DNA of 55,923 nucleotides from Perkinsus olseni (Eukaryota): NCBI GenBank assembly GCA_013115125.1, contig JABANN010000182.1, positions 1 to 55,923 of the forward strand, read 5' to 3'. Shown piece by piece: positions 48,387 to 55,923 of this stretch (position 1 is its first letter; each line of letters starts with the position of its first letter). The notes under the pieces were generated by a model. It saw only the letters and a program-made list of their open reading frames with translations, ran no database searches and was not told where the DNA came from. The position numbers and the translations under genes were made by a program.

Positions 48387-48891
48387 TTCAGTCACGCGCC
48401 ACGAAACCCTGCGAATCGTCGTCGTCGGTTGGGTTGTGGTAGTGCTACGCTTAGGACTGTCGTTTTAGACCTGCTTAGAAGCTTATCCTTTCCAGTCGCT
48501 CGGAAGTGCTACGGGAAGTTCCCAACGGGCTGTTTAATGAACCAGTTGATGCGTTAGCAGTGAGTCTGCTGCTGCTGCTTGCTGCGGCGCCGCCGTTGAC
48601 GAAGGTGCGCTCACAGGCTCTAGGAGTGCTGCAAGAGGCGTCACACGACTTCCTACGATCCATTACTCGAACGAGATTAATGAGTCGCATTATCGGAGAT
48701 AATTCTCGTCATTTATTGTTTTAATGTTCCGTGGCTGGACGGGACAAGTGTCCTGTGATGGCATGGCTCGAGGAGGGGCATAGATCTCTCCTGAGTTCCA
48801 AGAGCGCTCCCAGAATTGAACTTCACGTGTGAGAGAACATCCTGTCATAGTTGCTCATAGTTGGCATTGTTTTTATCAATTCATTTCGCTC

Positions 48892-50286
48892 ATGAACATC
48901 TCTCCAAGTGAGCAGCAGCATACCGAAGGACCCGAGCCTTCCGTCATGGACGTCCTGAAGGAGCAAATACGTAACCTCGCCAAGTCCGAGTTTGCCAGGC
49001 TTGTTGAACCGAAGTATGGTCACAGTCATGATGTTATCGGTGAGATCACTGTGGCTAATGTTCTTGGTGGCGAACGCGGTATGAAGACTATGCTTACTGA
49101 TACCTCTGACCTCGATCCACTAGGAGGGATACGATACAGGAAGATGACTCTAAGAGAAGTAAATTCAGCTTTACCCAAGCCCGATGGGAGCACTGTGGGC
49201 CTGCCTGAAGGGGCCTTCTGGTTACTTTTAACGGGTGAGGTCCCTACCGAAGATATCATGCATGAGTTCAACTCGGAGCTGCACAGGAGAAGTGAGCTGC
49301 CTGATGAGGTCATTACTATTATCGACAGTTTACCTAAGGATATGCACCCCATGACTCAACTCAGTATTGGTGTACTGGCGCTGCAGCCCTACTCTGTCTT
49401 CTCGAAGGGCTACTTCCAAGGCGACCTGAGAAAGAGTGATTATTGGGAGAGTATCCTCGAAGACGCCGTCACACTGGTTGCACGAGTACCACAGATAGCA
49501 GCAAGAATCTATCGAAGATCTTTTCATCATGACGACCAAATCTCCTCAGATCCCCATCTTGATTGGGCTGCTAATTTCGCCCATATGCTGGGTGTTAGTG
49601 ATGACCCCCTGTTCGAGGACGTGATGCGACTGTACATGCTGCTGCATGCTGATCATGAGGGTGGTAACGTCTCTGCCCACACAACCCATCTCGTGGGCTC
49701 GGCCCTTGCAGACCCTTATTACGCCTTTGCTGCTGGTGTGTGCGGTTTGGCCGGTCCTCTGCATGGTATCGCTAATCAGGAGTCTTTGAAGTGGCTAGAG
49801 TCATGCATGGCTCATCACAACGGGAGAATCCCGACTAAGGAAAGTGTTGGAAAATTCGCCGAGAAGACTCTACGAGAAGGGCGAGTGATTCCTGGTTATG
49901 GACATGCTGTTCTCAAGGTGGCTGATCCGCGGTATCTTCTAGAGCGAGAATTCTGCCTTAAAAACATCGGTCATGACCCGATGGTGCAGTTGTGTTCTAT
50001 CGCCTACGAGGCCGTCCCCACTGTTCTCTCTAGTACTGGCAAAGTCCGTAGCCCTTATCCTAATGTCGACGCTCACTCTGGCGTGATGTTGAAGCATTTC
50101 GGTTTGAGTGAACCCGACTTCTACACGGTCGTCTTTGCTGTTTCCCGATCTATGGGTGTCATGGCTCAGTTGGTTTGGGCCAGGATAATGCAGATGCCAA
50201 TTGAACGTCCCAAATCTGTTACTTTGGATCATCTTTACGATACTGTTCTCAGCAAGAGCCATCCCCAAACCAAATCACAGTTGTAG
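48892..50286 (+). CDS. Citrate synthase, eukaryotic type (intronless ORF)
   Basis: GLPEGAFWLLLTGEVPT, HPMTQL, DHEGGNVSAH, LAGPLHG, PGYGHAVL..DPRY, PNVDAHSG, PIERPKS; ends KSQL. Confidence 0.97.
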   Translation: MNISPSEQQHTEGPEPSVMDVLKEQIRNLAKSEFARLVEPKYGHSHDVIGEITVANVLGGERGMKTMLTDTSDLDPLGGIRYRKMTLREVNSALPKPDGSTVGLPEGAFWLLLTGEVPTEDIMHEFNSELHRRSELPDEVITIIDSLPKDMHPMTQLSIGVLALQPYSVFSKGYFQGDLRKSDYWESILEDAVTLVARVPQIAARIYRRSFHHDDQISSDPHLDWAANFAHMLGVSDDPLFEDVMRLYMLLHADHEGGNVSAHTTHLVGSALADPYYAFAAGVCGLAGPLHGIANQESLKWLESCMAHHNGRIPTKESVGKFAEKTLREGRVIPGYGHAVLKVADPRYLLEREFCLKNIGHDPMVQLCSIAYEAVPTVLSSTGKVRSPYPNVDAHSGVMLKHFGLSEPDFYTVVFAVSRSMGVMAQLVWARIMQMPIERPKSVTLDHLYDTVLSKSHPQTKSQL

Positions 50287-50997
50287 ATTTTGCATTGGAC
50301 ATATTCTCTTTTAAGGGCCGGATCGAAGGCCTCACTATTATTTCTATTCCACTTCCAACTTAGTGTGTTTCGGCCACCAGTGGTTTTGAGTATTGTCGAA
50401 CTACGGTTGAGGGCTTGAAGAGAATTCGGGTAACCATATTTATTATTCATACAGTCCCCTCCTCTATCAGTCATATCAATTTGGTGAGTGTTAGTTTTAC
50501 GTTCAACGTGTAAGCAGATCCAGCCAGGAGGAAAGGAAGTGTTTCTGGTTGAATGTACCCCTGAGGAAAGCTTATTGATAATATGTCTGATTGCACTTCG
50601 TGTCAATGCTACACAGTCTCTCCAACTGAGTACATCGGTAAGAGTCTCAGCCGGAACCGGCGTTGGACTATAAACTCACACACAACGTCGAGAACCCGCT
50701 CGGTCAGGTAAGCTCATCGCGATTTGATAGGGATTTGGGATGAGGAAATGGCCATTGTATAGCATGTCGTTGAGCGTGGGTTGCCTCAGAGAGGCTTTGA
50801 GAGACACGAAAAACAACTCGCATTCATGCGTTGCTACCCGAGTCAGTGAATACCCCAACCCCAGCAACAAACACAAAACTTGAGGAGGTTGGAGTTAGTG
50901 AGATCCTGTATATACTACCGACGGTCAGGGCTTATCAAGGTAGCCTGAGGGGTCGGAGTGATACTACGGATAAAATGAGAACGGTGGTTAGAGCTAC

Positions 50998-51031
<34 letters not shown>
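50998..51031. repeat. (GAT)n microsatellite
   Basis: About 11 GAT units downstream of the Mei2-like stop; one of few long SSRs in the right third of the window. Confidence 0.9.
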
Positions 51032-51032
<1 letters not shown>

Positions 51033-51084
51033 GGTTGTCGGGATAGTAATAATTAGTAGTTTGCATGTATACGGGATCAATAAA

Positions 51085-51978
51085 TCAGTAATACGTAGAT
51101 CTGGTCCTTTCGAAGTGACCTCGGCCTCCACCAACACTGCCACGACGACCACCGTTGCTGCTATTGAACGAGTTGAATCTGTTCCTTCTAGAGCAACCGT
51201 GAATCGGAACCGCCTCGCCGTTTTCAATGGCCATTGGCTTGAACGCGTCGGGGATGTTGAACCGAGTGCCGGCGTTCTGGAAATGGTTAACATTCTGGCG
51301 GAAGCCTTGAACCCTTGCTGGGCAAATGACACAGACCTTCTCCGATCCATGCGCATCGAACTTATAACCCACAAATACATCGATAAAGCGAGCAACCTCT
51401 TCTTCGTTTACCAAATTAATAAATGCATAGCCAAGGTTTTTGTTATTAACAGAGTCCATCGGCATATAAAAAAAGTCCATAGAATGGCCGAAGCCCATGG
51501 TTGATATGAGTTGACGGAAGTTTCGGGGAGAATAACGACTAGGGATGTTACGAACCATCAGAGTTGTTACACCGTACCAATCGAAGTCTCCGGTGGTTGA
51601 ACCGGGCTGTTGCTTTGCAATAATCTCCTCCTTATCCGACTTTACGAACGGTACCCGACAGGGTAGATTGTCGTACATGGTACCATTGGCGTAATGACGT
51701 TGGCAAAAATCAATTGACGGAATGAGTTCACCAGTATCTGGATGGAACTCAGCCACGACGGGCGTCTTGATGTTGTTATTCAGCGCGGCCAGAATGTCGC
51801 TCTCACTTCTGCTCCTCGTTCGCAACTTGGGAAGTCCAAGCTCCCCTGGTGGACAGATCTCGTCCTCAGCCTCCTCGAAGTGGAAAGACGAGTTCTTCAG
51901 ACAGACCCGCATGACAGAATTACGGCGGACCTTAGGAGAACCAAAGGGACCATGAATGTCGCCGTTTTCTCCTTCCAT
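51085..51978 (-). CDS. Mei2-like RNA-binding protein (single RRM3-type domain)
   Basis: TTLMVRNIPSRYS..DFFYMPMD..NLGYAFINL..SEKVC..ARVQG, the hallmark Mei2 RRM3. The ORF extends to 52122; likely start at MEGENG. Confidence 0.92.
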   Translation of the reverse strand: MEGENGDIHGPFGSPKVRRNSVMRVCLKNSSFHFEEAEDEICPPGELGLPKLRTRSRSESDILAALNNNIKTPVVAEFHPDTGELIPSIDFCQRHYANGTMYDNLPCRVPFVKSDKEEIIAKQQPGSTTGDFDWYGVTTLMVRNIPSRYSPRNFRQLISTMGFGHSMDFFYMPMDSVNNKNLGYAFINLVNEEEVARFIDVFVGYKFDAHGSEKVCVICPARVQGFRQNVNHFQNAGTRFNIPDAFKPMAIENGEAVPIHGCSRRNRFNSFNSSNGGRRGSVGGGRGHFERTRSTYY

Positions 51979-52158
51979 AGCTAGAGGTGTCAGTAAAACT
52001 ACGAAACGAAAATTTTCCCACCATCCAGAACTCTGAACATGAATCGAGGAGTGTTGAAACTTATTGCACGTTTTATTATTATTTCCCTTCGCTGCTTTCC
52101 GCAACAGGCGGTGTATCATCACTGCCAGCCGTTTTGAAACGCTTCGCGTTGGGTTCCG

Positions 52159-55100
52159 TCAGTGTTTTTGGATTAACGTGGAGACCGCGCTTCCTCGGCA
52201 ATTGACCGTAAACAGTTGGACACCCGGCTGCTGCTGTCTCCTCGGGATTTGGAGCTGGTAGGGCCTGAGAGAGATATGACGGAAGGCAGAATTGAACCCG
52301 GGATCTTCGGGTTACGACCGGCTGACCTTGCGGATCTCTTCGGGTATCTTGATAATCATGAACGTGAGGTTGTCGCAGCCACTGCCCTCAAAGTTGGGAT
52401 CCTCAAAACGTAATCTGAGATGCTCATTCTCCCACTGCCGGGAATTGAACCGGAGGCCTTTCGCATAGAGGACGGAGCATTACTCTGGACAGACTGTAGC
52501 CTGGCACGCTGCTCCTGATAGTGCTGCTAGCGAGAAGGCCGTCTCCGACCCTTCGGCACCAGGATGTAAGGTGACCTGCCAATCATAACTACCCGCCGAG
52601 TGGCGATTGTACATTCTCACGTCGTTAATTCGAGGTTGTTTGAACGGTAGGACCTCAGGAGCCTTCTGGCCGGTCTTTACGGGAGAGCCCTTGCGCTTCT
52701 TCGCTTTACTGAAGGCTTCTATGATGCTGTTGATGCATGACGCTGATGACTACCTTCGCCACTGCCCCACAGTGTGAGGCGTTTGATGGATCAGCCGAAG
52801 TGCCGCCTTCTCGTGAGCTAATACGTAGTCAACAGCCTGCTGATTTGAGTGTATCTAATGTCGATCCATGGTGATCATACATCATTCCCACCGACTACCA
52901 CCTCCCATATCCCATCACACCCCAGTATGATATGAGTATCTTCATTGGAGAGTTGCCGCACTCTAAAGAATGCACCCTTCACTCCAAACACCGTGTATTA
53001 TCATCTACTACCGTAGGTCGGGCATAGCCGATATTATTTGACATTCAGGTGGGATCTCGACGTTCTGCTTATAACGGTGGTCACCCAGCGCTCGTGATAG
53101 GTTGAGGTCGCCTGTCACGGAAATAAAGATACGCGCGAGGGGCGACCATCACCTTGAACTCGATACTGCCCCATGCATTCCTCAACCTCGCCCCCGGCCG
53201 CGAGGATCCTCTCCAATTCAGTATCCTGCGAGTGGAAGATCGATTGCCCGGGCGTGCGCTAATAAGACGACCGTTCTACCTGTGAGGGTTTGTGGTCCTC
53301 TGATAACGCGTAGGCCTTGGCGGCTCTTGCCAGAATACACCTGGGAAGATAGCTGTTGACTAGGTAACCGAAAAACGGAGAGTTATGTACGATGAACGAA
53401 CGGGAAAAATTTGTGGAGGGAATTATTAAAACCCAAGCAGCCTTGACGATTCATGAGACTACCAGGGATCGACCTAGGATACGCTTAGTAATATCCCACA
53501 CCCTACGTACTCTTCCGAATCACCGTGAGCCCAGCCACTCACCGTGAGTCGCCAGTGTTGGCGCATATGAGTTGGGCAGGGGTAGTGCCATCACCCAAGA
53601 TGAGGGCGCACACGACAGCAGTGCATCCCTGCATGTAACGGTGGTAGCACGGACGGGGTGGGGGAGGGCACTAACCTGGGAATCCGCGGTTATCTGACGA
53701 CCGAGCATCTTCCAGAATTCACTTTCGGGTATCTCTAACAGACCATCATCATTCACTTTAACCATATCACCTAATAATAGTGAAACGGTGAAAAGATACG
53801 CCGAAGATACACGCCAAAAGTTTACCGATATTGTTGGGTAGGAAAAGTACGCCCGTTCGTTTAGAATCTTCCGGAGCATCCCCGTCCGCCTCCACCTTAT
53901 CTAAATCGATCTCATCCTCAACCTCAGCTTCGTCTTGGGACACGACATCCGGACAGGTGGGGGACTCCTACAGAGAGCTAGAGGTGTCAGAATCGCCGCC
54001 CGAGGGTCTCCTCCCTACCATGGGGGAGGCGGCCGGCGACGACGCTGCTGTGTGAGGGGCAGTTGATATTCCATCTTCAGCGGGGGACACGGCTTTCGTA
54101 TCACCACAGTGACCTATATGCACTGTGCATCATGATGACCTATTCTGTATCTTCATCGAATCGACCTAAGATACCTCCAGTGGTATCTGCATCTTCCTGG
54201 TGAGCATCTGCCATGGGTATATCCTCCCCTCCCTCTTCTGGCAGCAGCACACTGTCCTGAGAACCAGCCACCGGATCGAAACTCAGTAGTGGTATCTTTA
54301 ACCCTAACTAACCTCAGTAGTGGTATCTTTAACCCTAACTAACCTCAGTAGTGGTATCTTTAACCCTAACTAACCTCAGTAGTGGTATCTTTAACCCTAA
54401 CTAACCTCAGTAGTGGTATCTTTAACCCTAACTAACCTNNNNNNNNNNNNNNNNNNNNNNNNNNNNNNNNNNNNNNNNNNNNNNNNNNNNNNNNNNNNNN
54501 NNNNNNNNNNNNNNNNNNNNNNNNNNNNNNNNNNACCTCAGTAGTGGTATCATCCGTCCCTTCCCCATCTTCCTTTTGATAGGATGAATCATCTACATCA
54601 CTCTGATCAGACTCATCCTCATCGTCGTCATCCACTCCCTGTATGCCAAGGATATGCTGCAGTACTCGAGGCAGCTGCGAGGGGTGCAGGAGTATCTTCT
54701 GTTCATCCTCCTTAAGACCATCTTCGTGTAGCTCCATGACCTATCCATATCCGTCCTCAATCCGCCCCCTGCCGCCGTAATACCTCCTTCGCCCCCTCAG
54801 GTGTGGCCATCTCTCTGTCAACCTCCATAAAAGCATCATGCAAGGCCCTGGGATAATCATTATTTTGGTATCTAAGGTCGACCCTTGCTTGCGATAAAAA
54901 CACTGCTTCGCCTTACGCTTTAGAGTCGACCATCGTCTGTATAACTTTCTGAGCGACGAATCTAGCAGCACCTCGACCTCCATGACCATCAAACACACCA
55001 AAGATACCAACCCTGATAACTACATCTAAGAGGAGGTATCCGGTTCGATTCCTGGTACTACCGTTTATCTTTGTCCCAATGGGCTACATGACCATCCTCC

Positions 55101-55263
55101 ATAGATCGTCTCCAGCCTTGCATACCCGATACCGAGTAGGATAGGGGTCCCTGTTAGCCTCAAAGATACGTCCCCAAAGTCGACCTAAGATACTCACCCA
55201 GTCGCCACATTCTGTCTCCACATCGGTATTTGGTTCGTTCAGATATGTCAGACTCGCCCCCAT
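52159..55263 (-). CDS. Protein phosphatase 2C, PPM1G-like with acidic insert
   Basis: [13 protein letters not shown] (N-myristoylation-type start), [21 protein letters not shown], acidic insert, [33 protein letters not shown]. Spans the N-gap. Confidence 0.92.
54282..54438. repeat. 31-bp tandem repeat x5 abutting an assembly gap (N 54439-54534)
   Basis: CTCAGTAGTGGTATCTTTAACCCTAACTAAC repeated; the unit spans an exon end and intron donor of the PP2C gene. Confidence 0.9.
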
Positions 55264-55462
55264 TTTCACGATACAAGGTTCAAGAAGAGACTGCGGCAAA
55301 GGTCACGGACGTTGTCGCGCGGGAAAATATTTCCGTTAATGGAGCGTTTTGGCTCGCTTTGTGAGCGTGCGGGTAGAGGCTGGGAGCTTACTGGTCCGAC
55401 AGTCGCCAAAAAGTGGTCCGACTGTCGCCAAAGCTTGTACGGAAGGCTGCGTACGGGGAATC

Positions 55463-55494
55463 GCGGGCCTTCGGCCCGCTTTCAATGCCACTAG
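55463..55494 (+). mobile_element. Possible Helitron-type 3' terminus
   Basis: 17-nt GC-rich palindrome GCGGGCC-TTC-GGCCCGC, 11-nt spacer, CTAG, then T. Confidence 0.45.
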
Positions 55495-55923
55495 TGCCTA
55501 GCTCTCTATACCACACTGAATCTGAGCTAGACTCGTCCGCAACACTGTATTACAGCGTGTGACACGCTGCGTGTCCCGGCCCTGGCCGCGGGGTCGAATG
55601 TCAACAGAGATCGGGTCGAACGTCAACACACGCTAAAATTGTTGTTTTACTATTCTCGGAAGCGGGCCTCCGGCCCGCCATCATCCGGCAACTGTTCTGC
55701 ACCTCTAAAGCTTTAAGTTCAATTGGGCGCGCAAAAAAAGATAATAAAATATATAGCTACGAGCGGCGACACAAAGGGACATCACAGCAGATTTATTCCC
55801 ATATGGACATTGCATCACGAGTGGGGTACTTCAATGACATTCCCATGATGCAATCAAGAACATGTTGAAGGCGAGAACCCATCTCGGACGGTATGTGGGT
55901 GATAAAGAGTAATAAAATATATA

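Larger units (their letters stand above)
22523..55061. other. Dispersed family of ~17 intronic tRNA-3'-half/B-box-like fragments
   Basis: Pattern RGGTC-N3-RG-TTCRANY-C-N11-A-(T-rich) inside short GT-AG introns, e.g. 22726-22778, 26997-27049, 30965-31007, 33284-33333, 34171-34230, 52265-52326. Confidence 0.8.

Noticed and set aside
54282-54557. 31-bp repeat containing CCCTAA as a telomeric repeat or CRISPR-like array
   Set aside because: There are no spacers and the context is eukaryotic. The unit duplicates an exon/intron junction and runs into an N-gap, so it is probably an assembly artefact.

Overview
Gene-dense eukaryotic protist DNA with many short (about 40-75 nt) GT-AG introns and abundant trinucleotide microsatellites. 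Gene content and style suggest an alveolate, most likely Perkinsus (inference only). Recognisable genes: a bacterial-type glucosamine-6-phosphate deaminase fused to a PIG-L/LmbE domain, DHHC palmitoyltransferase, mitoribosomal mL43, ERI1-like exonuclease, anoctamin, PI4-kinase III-beta, an intronless IRAK/Pelle-RLCK-like kinase ending in CaaX, EMC7, class-B DnaJ, PhyH-like dioxygenase, secreted 5'-nucleotidase, SIRT5-like sirtuin, citrate synthase, a Mei2-like RRM protein and a PPM1G-like PP2C. Several secreted or hypothetical proteins are also present. The most striking unexplained signal is that about 17 short introns of unrelated genes from 22.5 kb onward each carry a different tRNA 3'-half-like fragment (variable loop, T-arm/B-box, 3' acceptor strand, discriminator A, often a T-run); I found no complete tRNA gene. 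Other points of interest: a Mutator-like MITE with target-site duplication, Helitron-like hairpin ends, a Cys-rich module shared by three secreted proteins, a small 8-Cys secreted peptide, and a sirtuin lacking its zinc cysteines. Exon structures were assembled by eye, so multi-exon boundaries are approximate.
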